DNA of 64,000 bases from Camelus dromedarius (Eukaryota), in contig NC_087436.1 of NCBI RefSeq assembly GCF_036321535.1, positions 5,332,001-5,396,000 of the forward strand, in the 5' to 3' direction. Positions 52,271 to 64,000 of this stretch are shown one piece after another (position 1 is the first letter of the stretch; every line of letters starts with the position of its first letter). Under the pieces are notes generated by a model. The model did no database searches, was not told the origin of the DNA, and saw only the letters and a list, made by a program, of their open reading frames with translations. Position numbers and translations under genes: made by a program.

Positions 52271-53130
52271 CTTTAAAAGTTGCCATAAAAAGACATAAAA
52301 TATGTCTTCTCATCAAAAATAAGCTGGTCTGTTTTTTTCCCCCCCAAACTAGTGTAATCCAGGTCCTCTCCTCACGTGAAAACAAAACACTAGATAGAGC
52401 AAAGACTGGGAACTACCACCTAATGGAAGCAGCTGTCTGTGCTCACGAGTAACCAGGACATCCGTCTCCTCCCCGTGCCTGAGAGGACCAGGGTGCGACC
52501 GCCCTGAACACAGCACGTGTGAAAGCACAGAGCCAGTGTGCCCCTCTGCTAAAGGCAAGCCCTTCAGAACCAACAGAAGTGAAGACGATTCACTCTCCAA
52601 GAGCAAAATGTGAAAATAGAGTCTGGTCCCTCGGCCTCCTGCGCGTTTGTCTTGCCTCAGATTTACTGAGAAACAGAGGCACAACCTTGTGCAGTCGGGG
52701 TGCCGCACTGATGTGAAGGGCAGAGGGCGTGGTTTGCAGCTGGTTGTGACACTGGAAACCCTGGCTCAGTGAGCCTGTGCCCCCTGCCAGGAGTCCTGAA
52801 CCCTCCCCTCCAGGGTCTGCTGCTGGTCCGTCCACAGGTCAGAACTAAAGACAACGTGCCTGCAGTCTCATCCGGTCAGAGCTGAGAAAATCAACTGTAT
52901 TCCAGGCGGAAAAGACATTCTCTGATCATCTTACACAGTATATACATAATTAATTACTTCTGTGTACATTACTCATTTGTAGTTTACATAGTCTATTATC
53001 TTATATAATCTATACATAATTACTTAATTATCTGTTACAATTACAGTTATGTACTGTAGTAAATGATTATAAAAAATAATTTGTTTCAAGATGTTTGCCT
53101 TCCAGGGGATAAATCACAGTTGTCAATCTC

Positions 53131-53250
53131 AAAAAGAAAAGTAAAGAAAAAGGAGAAAAAAGAAAAAAGAGAAAAGAAAAGAAAAAAGAGGAAAAAGAAA
53201 AAAGAAGAGAGAAGAGAAAAGAAAAAAAGAAAAACAAACTAAAAATAAGA
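53131..53250. repeat. (AAAAG)n-like purine tract
   Basis: Seen directly. Confidence 0.85.
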
Positions 53251-53360
53251 AAGTACGTGTGTCAACTAGAAAGAACACAAGGTGGAAACAATCAAAACAG
53301 AAACAAGTTAAAGTTCTTAAAAACTGGACTTTTGAGAGTTATGCTCTTCTTCCAATACAC

Positions 53361-53390
53361 GGATTGCACTCAATGGTTTCGCGAAGTTCC
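53361..53390 (-). CDS. Tentative micro-exon, 30 nt
   Basis: ttatttttaaatag acceptor, weak CC|gtgtat donor; ELRETIECNP or NFAKPLSAI. Confidence 0.3.
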
Positions 53391-56300
53391 CTATTTAAAA
53401 ATAATTTCCCTGGAAACGACACATTCCGTGCTCGCGCTGAGGAAATAAGATTCCAAGCAGTCATCATTATCGCACAGAGCGAGGCTCCCAGTCCCCTGAT
53501 TTCACTGTCTAAGCAGAAAGACGGACAGGCCCTGCAGTGTATCCCCTTTTACTTCCTCAAAAAGAAGCAGACGGTGGTGGCCTCCCTTGGTTGTGAAATA
53601 GGGCGGCTGACTTCGGGGGAGCCCGTCCACGGGGACCTCTGGGACCCCGGGACCGGAGGGCCCCACGGACAGAGCCCACTGAGTTGGGCCAAGCGGGCTT
53701 TTTTCATGTCGCTTAGAAGACCTGCCGGCCAGCGGGGCTCTGAGCCACAGGCTGCTCCACATGTAACCCTCTGACCTCTGCCACTTGAAAATGACGGGCG
53801 ATAAGGTAGGTGTGTGATCAGGCTCTGAAGTAGAAAGTGGTCCATTCTGCACTATTCTGGGAGTTTAGAGAAGGTATGGATGTCAGACTGAAAAACAGGA
53901 AGGCCGGCCTGGTTGTGAACACCAAGACAGAGACATCATGCGTGGCCCTCATCCCCCCCAAACTGGTCCATCTCTGCCCCTCCCCCTCCATCTGAACTGC
54001 CACCAACGCCTTCGCATAGGTGTCCCTGCCTCTGGCTTCCCCGTCCTTTATGATCATCCCGATGCACCTTTTTTTGAAAGCAGAAAATAAATTACACGAA
54101 AACAAACAAACAGGAAACAAATCTGACCGTTCAGTGGACAGTTACTGGCCTGTGGTAGGTGTAAAAATATGAAAATGGAGGGAAAGACAGACCTTTATCT
54201 TTGGAGCTAGTGCAGAGGAATCCAGCCTTCTCCCTGCATCACCCCTTGGGTCTAACACGCCCCTCAGGATGTCAGACAGAGCTCTTCATATTTAAGGAAT
54301 AACTTTTCCAATCTTACTTCCCACCAGAGTTGATCTGATAGAGTGTCCTCACTCCCAAGTCAACGCCTTCTGCTTAGAACTCTCTTCCTTTTCTGTTGAA
54401 TTCTCCTTATCCTCCAAGACATGGCGGGCCCAACAGCCTCCTGAGGAGCCTTTAGTGGCTGGGAAAGGGAGCCCCCAGGTTTCCCTGAGCATCTGAGCAC
54501 TCGTCTGCGCGTCACAAGCCACATGACTGCTAACATCAAGGACCCCAAGGACTGCACTCTGGTCATCCGTTTTCAGGATGCGACCTGGTACCCAGAACAC
54601 AAGGCATTTGATGTTTTTTGGACTGAACGGACCTCTTGATTAAAAGGGCTGCATGAACGGGGCGCAGAGGCATCTCTGTGCTGAGCAGAGACGGGCTCTG
54701 TGCAATCCTTTTATTAGAAAGATAATCAAAGTGAGGGAGGTCACAGCGGACCTCGAGAAGCTCAGGAGACCCTCAGAACTCAAAGTCTGGTCCTCAGCCC
54801 AGCTGGGGGCTGGCTAGGATGCAAACTCCCCGGCCCCAGCCCTGACCCACAAAATCAGAACAGATTCACTCAGCTTCCCCAGTGCTCTGTAAGCACATTA
54901 AGTCTGAGGGGCACAGACCCATCTCAACAAGAGTAACAACAACCAGAACTCGACCGCGGGGAGGTTGCCTGACATCAAACTCCTACAGGTGCTCAGCTGG
55001 AGCGGGGACAAGGCCCGGATGCAGAAGGCAGAGCGAGGACACGTCTGCCAGAGTTTAGACAGCCAGCCCCTGCCGCGGGGTGATGACGGTGAAGACGCAG
55101 GAACTACAGACACAGTCACTCTGCCTAAAACCAGACACGCTAATACTCAGGCGTCAGCTAACCAGTAACTCTTGGCTTGTGCATTAGGAATTCTTGTGAA
55201 GGAATGATATTTAAACGGGACCAAAACTGCTGGCTTCAGGCTGCCTTCTCCGACTTGGAGTGCTAAGATCCAGCCCAACTATGAGGCCCGGGGAGACTGT
55301 AAACCTGTGTGTAACTGGTATCCCTCTAATGGGACTGAGGTGCCAATGGCAGGTGCCCAGATACCAAAGCCACAGGAAGTCAGGGGCCCGCCATGCGCAG
55401 AGTTCCGAGGCCAAGGACCAGAAGCCGGTCCCTGAATTTGGGTCCCTCAGGCACAGCAAGGCCCCAGCCCCTCCACCCCACTTCCTTCCCTGGACAAGCC
55501 CCCACCCAGAAGCAGCCCTGGGGAGGGACCCCAGGGACCCAAATTGGTCACATTTAGAGTTTTAGTTACTTCACAGGACTGGGCCATCTCATCTCCAAAC
55601 CATAAGGAATTTATACTCGAAGTCACTCAGAAGCCTGCATCTCTTCTGAGTGAGCTGCAAGAAACCACAGTTCTGCAGACCCATCCGTCTGGGGACAAGG
55701 GAAGGTTCCCCCTGCTCAATTAAATTCAGGAGAAACAAAAACCACGTTGTATTTTGAGCAGGATCCAAGGGTCATGATCCTTCAGCAAACCAATTCCAAG
55801 TCCCTGTTGCCAAGGGTCACAGGGACGCAGAAAAGGGTTCCCTAGGACAGGAGCACACACGGCCCCCACTCTGCAGACAGACCCAGAAAACAGCTGTCTT
55901 GCGAGGCTGTCGAAATGCTCTCTCCTCTCGAGCAAACGACTCCCATAACTTGACACCAACAGGTTTCTCCATGGCTTTACAAGGCTAACGTTAGAACAAA
56001 ACAGAACAAAACAAAACTGCGCGGTGCTTCCAACAGATTGAAAGCGGCCCAGCAGAGAGCCCGAGGGCCTGCCGTCTTGTCGGCCCACTGTTTATGACTT
56101 GAGGGCACATTTTTTTTCAGGGCATCAGCACCAGGAAAATAGAAGGCATTAAAGTGGTCACATCACGTGCATTCCACTGGTTCATTTTTCAGTCCCGCAG
56201 CTTTTTACAGGTTGCACCAAGTCCTTTCTCCACGTCGGTCTCTTCTGCGTAGTTATATTCACTGCTACCCGCACCCTGGCTCCCACCGCTGCACTCCTGG

Positions 56301-56784
56301 GTCCTCGCCTGCCAATCCCACTGTTTCCTGCGTCTGCAAACCCCACGCCTGTCACCTCATCCTCCCTCTGGACCACGGACCCTGCAAAAACCCGACGCTG
56401 GTGACCTCTGCTCTCCTGTTACTAGTGAGACTTGAGGCTGGACCAAAGCCGCACTGCAGGGCTCGCTCCGCCTGCACTGCTGGGACCTCTGAAATCGCTC
56501 CCTCACTTGTCAAACATCCTCTCCGGACTCACTTCCCCCAAAGCTGAACCCCGCTGCTCCCCGGGGGGGCTCAGTCCTCACTGCCCCAGCAGCCGCCCAC
56601 TGAGGTCAGGTCACAGCGCCGCGCGTTAGACTGTGGGTCCCTGACCCCTCACTCTGCACGCTGGCTCTCGGGTCCCCTTCCCGTCCCCTCCGCCCGCCCT
56701 GACCCTGCCAGCACCCCCGCTGCTCATCTCCCGGTCCCCTGCCCGGACTCGCCTCCCCCAGGGCCTATCTAAGCCTTTTCTTAA

Positions 56785-56962
56785 CTTTTTTAATACATAC
56801 ATTTATTCGTTTTCATATTCTTTTCCACTAAAGGTTATTACAAGATATTGAATATAGTTCCCTGTGCTGTACAGAAGAAATCTGGTTTTTACCTGTTTTG
56901 ATATCTAGTGGTTAATGTTTGCAAATCTCAAACTCCCACATGTACCCCTTCCCACCCCCTAA
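56785..56962 (-). mobile_element. Short L1 3' UTR fragment
   Basis: ggttattacaagatattgaatatagttccctgtgct. Confidence 0.85.
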
Positions 56963-57470
56963 CGTGGATACACCTGCCTTTCTTTAGGTCCCACCAAACC
57001 CTGTCTTTTATCCACATCACAACCAGCAGGGCCTGGCCTCCGTGCTCACGCGGAGCCCCTGAAGCCTCAGGTCCGAGCATCGCCTTGTGGGAGACACCTC
57101 CGTCCATCGGGGGAGCTTCACTCAGGGAGGATGTCACCGTGCAGAGCTCTGGGCCACATGGGGGAGGTTAACAGGTTGTGAATTGCTGTTTTCAACATCA
57201 CAGAGACTCTGACTTATCATAGACTTAAGGCCATCCAGCCCTGAGTTATTCATTAAAAAAAAAAATAAAAAGGACCAGTGAACTAGCACGCCCCAACTCC
57301 ACAGCAACTGGTACGTCCACCTTTCCCCCTTGTTTGTCAGGCCCGTGAGCCGCAGCCGTGTTTCCGCTGCCAAACCTCCAGCAGCACCACGTGCAAGCTG
57401 CCAGGACGGCATGGTGCCATCGGCTTTTAAAACTTAGAAAGGCTCATTGATTTTTACTGAGGTTTCTTAC

Positions 57471-57509
57471 ACAATCCACTTCCTTTCAGGCCAAGGGAGC
57501 CAACCCTGA
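57471..57509 (-). CDS. Tentative micro-exon, 39 nt
   Basis: cttttcttcatcctgtaacttctcccag acceptor, GT|gtaaga donor; QGWLPWPERKWIV or RVGSLGLKGSGL. Confidence 0.35.
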
Positions 57510-58477
57510 CTGGGAGAAGTTACAGGATGAAGAAAAGCGATAGGACCGACGTGAAGGGGTTCCGTTTCCTTCCCCACTTTGATCTCCAAGTTGACATCCG
57601 CCTCCCGCCCGTGGCCGCGGGTCACCTGATGCCACCAACCTACCGAGCCCCCTTCCCACCCACCCAGCCCGGCCCCTTGGGCACAGCCCTCCCCCACTTG
57701 TGCAGGAGGCGTGTTAATGTTCCAATGCAACACAGCAGCTCTCCAGAGCAGGACCACCTGGGGCAGGACTTTCTACCCAGGCCTCAGATGAGACCAGAGA
57801 TGTCACAGCACGCTGGCCATCGTCACCGTTTCATTACAGGATGGGCAGAGCTCCAGGGACTGTAAATCATAACTGCTGCTGGATTTCTGCTTTGCAGAGT
57901 TGCAGTCATGCATCTCCTCCTGCTGCCAGAACAATTATTTTACAATTAGTTTAGACGCGTCTGAGCCCGGAAGGAAAATTTCCATTTCAATCATCTTATT
58001 TTCCTTGAACAGAGAGAGCCGAGGGCTACCCAAACCAGGTCACCTCCACACTTCGCACAAGGGTTTCTCACCGTTCTCCAAAGCTGAGTGGAGGAAAGTG
58101 TCAACGCTCCACGTCTTATGTGCTTTCAAACTGCGGTATGAAACAGCAGTCAGGGGTCTCCATGCACCAAAGCAAGACACACAGATACACGACCCCCCCC
58201 CCAGAAAAAGCTGGTAACTCCGTTTTCAAGGCAGAACACCATGAGGATCCTATAAAACGTAACACACACCCCTGAACCAGGGCTGCAAATCCATCACTGA
58301 AACATCCAGTAAATGACTCCATTTGTTTACATGGTTCTGCACCTTTTTACGGCCTTTCCATAAAGAAGTTATTACGTCCATTCCCTTTGTCTTGTTTAAG
58401 AGTGTCTGAATGGGCCCCAGGACCACAAGCCAGTTAAACAAGCTCCCCTTAGACGGACTCAGTCTCATATAATTCAC

Positions 58478-58782
58478 CACCACCGGGGACGTTCTCAAAA
58501 CAACATTTGTAGTTTGGAAACCCTGCCCATTTCCACACCCCGAAAGTACTTCCTGTGCTTTCTGCAGGTTTCAAATGTCCAGCAGATATATTCAAATAAG
58601 TCCAATTTTTTTTTCCATTTTTCAAGCAAAAGTGTGGCATTTGCACGTCTTCCAGAAGATTTGCACCTCTGAGTGTTCTGCTACAGGAGGCTGGCCCCTT
58701 CGGAAATGACTGCCAAGGAACACGGCAAGGAAACCGGAAATCCAGGCACCCTGGTTGATTTCCGAGGATGTGAATGTCAGTT
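58478..58782 (-). CDS. Tentative exon (305 nt to the gtgaat donor, or 33 nt ending at 58750 with a gtgcct donor)
   Basis: ggtttccttttag acceptor; frame TDIHILGNQPG... stays open for the full 305 nt. Confidence 0.3.
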
Positions 58783-59006
58783 CTAAAAGGAAACCATTCT
58801 GAAGCAGTTAGTTTAATGGCATGCCCAACCGATCGATGCCTGTTAAAAGTTATCAGCACAGATTACAGATACATTTTCTAAAGTGCCGGAAGAGTGCTTT
58901 CTTTTTTTTTTTTTTTAACATACAGAGGTTATTTAATCCCTAATTTTACATTCTTGAGCACACCCGGGAACTTCAAGCCAGTTACTATTCTCAAGAAAAC
59001 AGAGGT

Positions 59007-59251
59007 TGCCAAGAGGGCGGAGGGCGGGAAGGGATAGATGGGATTTCAAAATTGTAGAATAGATGAACAAGATTATACTGTATAGCACAGGGAAATATAT
59101 ACAAGATCTTATGGTAGCTCACAGAGAAAAAAATGTGACAATGAATATATATATGTTCATGTATAGCTGAAAAATTGTGCTCTACACTGGAATTTGACAC
59201 ATTGTAAAATGATTATAAATCAATAAAAAATGTTAAAAACAAAGAAAAGAA
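59007..59251 (+). mobile_element. Young L1 3' end with 14-bp TSD
   Basis: aagaaaacagaggt at 58993-59006 and 59252-59265; near-identical to the 3' half of the 34683-35197 copy. Confidence 0.93.
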
Positions 59252-59652
59252 AAGAAAACAGAGGTGAAAACCACTTTTTCAAGAATCAGCATTTATCAAT
59301 GTGGCGTCTAAGGCTCTCTCAGCATCTCCCAGGATCCTGACCAGATTTGACCACTGAGAAACACCTGCGATGTCGATCTTTCTACGAACGGTCAGATGGT
59401 TTTGTGACTAACACAAAATAACGATACAGTTGAAGCCACAATACATAACTATAATCCACGTGAAACTGCATCTGAAACTCTAAAAAACACTAAACGGGCT
59501 TTGAGATCTAGTCTCCCATCACAGGGTCAATTCATTCTCCTGGAGGCCTCCAGAAATAGAGTGCACTTCTGTTTATAAATAAAAGGAAAGGCAGTCACCA
59601 AACACACGTATTGAGACACTGCTGCTTATTCAAGAGGTAACCCCTCAATGTC

Positions 59653-59865
59653 TTTTTTTACTGAAGTGCAGTCAGTTACAATGTGTCGGTTTCTGGTACA
59701 CAGCACCATGTCCCAGTCATGCACGTACACACGTATATCCATCTTCGTATTTTTTTTCATTAAAGGTTATTACAAGATACTGAATATAGTTCCCCGTGCT
59801 ATACAGAAGACAGGTTTTTTTAAATTTATTTTTATATATAGTGGTTAACATCTATAAATCTCGAA
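59653..59865 (-). mobile_element. Short L1 3' tail
   Basis: L1 3' UTR motifs on the minus strand. Confidence 0.85.
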
Positions 59866-60370
59866 TACCTTGTATCACCAACAACATGAACTGACTGCCA
59901 GCAGAGGACAGCTGCCTCCCGCAAACCCGCTCCATCTCTGCTCCTCGAAGTACACGAGCCAACTCTGTTCCTTGTTTTCATAGGGTTCCATCTCTGTCCT
60001 TCGGATGCATAATCAGACGGGAAATCACACTCTAGTAGGAAGGAGTCTTCAGTGTATGTCCATAGGAAAGTAGGGAAATGCTGGAAGTCACTGTGTTTCC
60101 TGTGTTCATAAACCACCTGTCGGCCTGTCTCAAGGTTTAAAGTTAAGATAAATCAGAAAGGAACCCTGCAGGTTCCCCTTTCTTCCAAACCCAGCAAGAA
60201 ATTTCCAGTAAGGAACTGAACATGTTTTTTTTTTTTTGTTCTCCTCTGTTCACATCTTAATCACATTTTTAAGCTAGTGTTCCTTCCGAAGACACTGATT
60301 TTAAGCACGACTTGCTGCCCTAGGAAGAGAAATGATAAGACAACCAGTCCCAACTTGCATGTCTCCTCAC

Positions 60371-60421
60371 CTCAGACTAGGAACGCGGGTGGCAGTGCGG
60401 GAAGCAAGCTCTGATGCATTC
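60371..60421 (-). CDS. Tentative exon, 51 nt (phase 2 to 2)
   Basis: Long pyrimidine tract ending in an uncommon GAG acceptor, GAG|gtgagg donor; NASELASRTATRVPSLR. Confidence 0.35.
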
Positions 60422-61849
60422 CTCAGTGGAAAAGAAAAAAGATAAATAATATGACTCTTTAAAAGACAGATGTCCTCGTAAATACCCAGCAAAAATAACT
60501 GCCAGAAACAGCAGCAGATAAGCACCGCGGAAGTCCGACTTCTGCCGCTAATGGTTTCTGAGCTCTGCAGCGATTCTGGAGGCAGGTGCAGTGGCCAGCT
60601 GGGCATGTGTAAACTCAGAAGCACATCTCCATCCTGCAAACACTGAGAAGCTTAAAATAGAGCCCGCTCACGAACAAGGCTGTCTGTCCTAGGATGCCAG
60701 GAGCCTGGCTTCCAAAACCCGGCATGGCATCTAGACAGCACCTCCAAGAGAATTCACTCACAGCAACTCCTTAAATACCTGGAAGTATTTCCAGCATTGG
60801 GTACAAGGGAGCAGAATGCCCTCCGCCCACCCCACCCCACCCCCGACTCTGGGGGTTACTCAGTGCAAACTAACATCATAGGATTCAGTTTTCCAGGAAA
60901 CTTGAAATCCTTTCCCCGGCTAGTAGGAAGGCTGCTGTCTCTGCTCCTGGAGACGGAAGAGCTCTCATGATGTTAACTCTAACTACATCATAATCTCCTG
61001 ACCCTTCCCCAGCCTCCCTCCGCTTGCCATCCCTGTTGTGAAGGCAGTGTGTCATCAGCTCTTTGTTTACATAAAGCAGGCAACGGAGAGCAGTGTGGAC
61101 GCACCGAGGCCAGGCAGCCTGCCCCTGCACCTGCTCAGAACTTCCAACGCGCCTAACGATGGGGGGAACCCCGCCACCGAGTCTCAACCGCGCACACCAA
61201 AGCCGACCCCTGCTACAAGCCTGCCCAGAAAGTCACTGGAAAGATTTTGACTCAGTCTTAAACATGAAGAGCACCTTTCCTCGGATGCCGTCTGTGAACT
61301 GCACACTCTGGGGGGGGGGGGGGGGCTGCCCTGCAAACAGCATTAGGGCCTTTGAATGCGCACACCCAGGACCCCTCTCCACTTCCCTCCCGCCTCTGCA
61401 CCTGCTCAGCCCTGGACCCGGCTTGTCTCTCCCCCATGATGCACCTTGTCCAGCCCCTGCTCTCTGGAGCAGGCGGTTCCCTTGGTCTAGACCGCCTTCC
61501 CCTCTTTCCCTCTCGAGCCCACTTCAAAATATGTCACCCCACCGCCACCGTGGGAACTCTTCATGCACTTGTCTTCCAGGCAGAATCCACTGTGTAGTCC
61601 ATCAGTGGAGGAGTCCTGAGTGCAGTAAACCCACCGCCTTCCCAGAGCACCTGGGGCCCAGAACTAAGTCCCAGAGCTCGAAGCAGGAGATGCCAGCCTC
61701 CTTGGCCACAGCTTCTCAAGGGCAGAGCTGCATCTTATTCTCTAAGGCTCTGGGGCAGAGCTTAGCAAAGAGCAGATGCTCATAAATAGTTGCTGTTTCC
61801 AAACAACGTTCTCATAAAACATTAGGCCATTTAACTCAGGAAGGAGGGG

Positions 61850-62030
61850 GCATGCGGCTCTGAGTCCTGGCTTGGAGTCAGACCCTGATCCAGACACCTA
61901 CCAGCTGTGTGACCTTAGCTACTTGGCCAGTAAAGCCTCGGGGTTTTTCCAAATACTGCACTGGGAGGTTAGAAAGACAGACTGGGTACTGCCTGCAAAC
62001 ACTCAGCATAGTGTGATGCCCACAGGCGCT
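61850..62030 (+). mobile_element. MIR relic
   Basis: ggagtcagacc...ctaccagctgtgtgacctt core. Confidence 0.55.
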
Positions 62031-63261
62031 CCTGAGGAGCTGGCATGAAGCATCGCAAATCCAGAGACCCGCTAAGAACCCAGCCCTGAGGCCATCTGAT
62101 CACCCTCAAAGGCTGCATCCAAATGCCGCCCTTCCCGGGAGCGCTTGCGTGGTTTCTCCTCAGTGGACCGGGACACGGGGCAACGCAGACCTACACCCCG
62201 CACTTAGCACCGATGTGCCGCGTGCTCTTTGGGGATGTTGGTTTCCCTCCAACAGCCAGACATCCGCTTCGCCTCCATCCGCCCAAACGCTATAACAACA
62301 CAGTGCCTCCTCCTTTGATTGAGAAATGGCTTGATTTCAACAGGGGAAATGCCAAGTACAAAAAAAAAAATACACAGTTTGAAAATTAATTAAGAATTAA
62401 GCCCAAACCAAGAAAGCAAAGTTAGGGAAGCCGGCCTGGCAAAGACGGTTTGGCTTAGAAACAAGGCGGATGTCCAGAGAGGAGTCTGCGCCATCACCAG
62501 GGGATTGGGAACAGCCACTCGAAGACACACAGGGTGTCTGACGTGGAGGCAGGTAGCTGAGAAAACTGGCTGGACTCCGTTAAAAACGACTTCTCCAGAA
62601 GCCGAAGGTAAAAGGAGCTAATGCAACCCAAACACTTCACTCTCAACCCCTTGGCTTTAAGGATCAGTGTAATTAAGATAATTCCTCTTTAATCACTTTA
62701 GCTCCTTGGGTTCTCACATTTTGAACTTAGCAAACAATTTTTTTTAAAGGTAAATTAATCCTGTTTTGGGCAAGCCATTCAAGGCCACAGCTAAGAATTT
62801 ATTTCTTGACGCTCTGGACTTGAAAGAGAAACCTGAGCCACAGAATAGAATATCCTATATAATATAGGGGTAAATAAAAGTTAAAAGTTGCTTATTAAGC
62901 CCATTTCAAAGGAATCCCAGGCTGTGCGCTCTAGAGTTCACCAAACCACACCTATGGACCCATTTCTATGGAACTCTTACCATGGAGACAGCCTGCTGTA
63001 AAAAATGTTCAAAGTTGCTTAAACAAAGCAAAGCTCCCTGTGGAACCAAGTTTTCCAACGTCAGCCTTTCTCTTCAACCTCATCAATAAACACACCAAAA
63101 TACGGAAATAAACATTGTCCACCCACGGACCTGGGACACCTGCTTCAAATAAGACCCCAACACATAAGAGTAACGATTCTAAAGGAAGTATTTCAAGTCA
63201 TTTGCCAAACTGTCAGATTTCTACCCCAACAGAGTGTTACAGTAGACATGACGCAGATTAC

Positions 63262-63312
63262 CTGGTCGGCTGAATTAATGTGATTATTCTGAGATGGTCG
63301 CCTTTAGTGTTC
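63262..63312 (-). CDS. Tentative exon, 51 nt (phase 2 to 2)
   Basis: ttatttatag acceptor, CAG|gtaatc donor; single open frame NTKGDHLRIITLIQPTR. Confidence 0.4.
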
Positions 63313-63814
63313 CTATAAATAATGCTTCAGGATCAAGGGAGTCCCACCTCCTCTGAAGACCCCCAAAGCATGAAACGTCCTGAAACCATAAAGAAAAGCT
63401 TTTATACAGAGTGCTAGGATTTTGAAGCCAGAATTCCATTTGCCGACTTGGGTCCCCTGTAAGGAAGAGATATCAGCATGGGAGCAGCTGCGCACAGGTG
63501 CCCTCGAGCGTGACCTTGACAAAGTTACCTCAGGGCTCTAGTCCCCGCTCCACATGTTGGTGAGGACAGGCTTCTGGGACCCCCCTCCCAAGTCCTAAGA
63601 GTCCACACACCAAACTTCCTACTGATTTCTAGTCTGTGCAAGTTCTCCGTGAACCACACACAGAAGATGGAAAGCACACTGACTTGAGGTGGGGTGGTGT
63701 CAGCCTCTCAAAATTCACCACTGTGAGGGGTCCCTGGTCCAGATCACCAGATGGCCCCATCTGCAGAATACACAGGGGTGTGCACAGCAGTGGTGCTCAT
63801 GAGAGAGGAACGCC

Positions 63815-64000
63815 CTTAAATGTTCACAGCAGCAATGTTTACGGTAGCCTAGACATGGAAGCAACCTAAGTGTCCATTGACAGATGACTGGATAAAGAAA
63901 TTGTGGTATATTTATACAATGGAATACTACTCAGCCATAAAAAAGAATGAAATAATGCCATCTGCAGCAACATGGATAGACCTGGAGGTCGTCATTCTAA
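63815..64000 (+). mobile_element. L1 ORF2 3' fragment running off the window
   Basis: atgttcacagcagc...gacatggaagcaacctaagtgtccattgacagatgactggataaagaaa. Confidence 0.9.

Larger units (their letters stand above)
3937..63312 (-). pseudogene. Unidentified multi-exon gene or unitary pseudogene; 5' end probably lies beyond the window
   Basis: Chain of AG/GT-bounded exons with compatible phases ending in a stop and poly(A) signal. 3' part translates ELRYFEIPVEFHTGDPVQTNTVL-TP*YKHFLNCTLYTLHSQADVCQTECIFGNN-SCRIIFSYSESLKAEDSTYQQNIPPNVTHAK-SGRTHSFSFIWTKSCDLGPENVCMCRGQRRQTEKSKKKADLKRD-MSPSGAENLLGFLIKRLSAAAMFLGFTGRLSSFLPSDSLGCRGN*. One internal TGA. Protein not recognised. Confidence 0.5.

Noticed and set aside
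61093..61785. 230-aa ORF
   Set aside because: Pro/Ser-rich reading of C-rich DNA including a G homopolymer; no coding signature.

Overview
Mammalian genomic DNA, most likely camelid: the tRNA-derived SINEs resemble the camelid vic-1 family, and there are many lineage-type L1 3' ends. The window is repeat-rich and intron-like, with L1 3' fragments, five SINEs, L2/MIR relics, MaLR/ERV solo LTRs and Tigger/hAT MITEs. None of the six-frame ORFs is a credible stand-alone gene. Reading the minus strand by eye gives a chain of short AG/GT-bounded exons with compatible phases, from ~63.3 kb to a terminal exon with stop (3937) and ATTAAA signal (~3791). The five 3'-most exons are fairly well supported; the upstream micro-exons (22-132 nt) are tentative and can be assembled in more than one way. 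I do not recognise the protein. An in-frame TGA and a competing splice donor suggest a decaying (unitary pseudo)gene or regulated unproductive splicing. Repeat family names come from recalled consensus motifs, not from a database search, and repeat boundaries are approximate.
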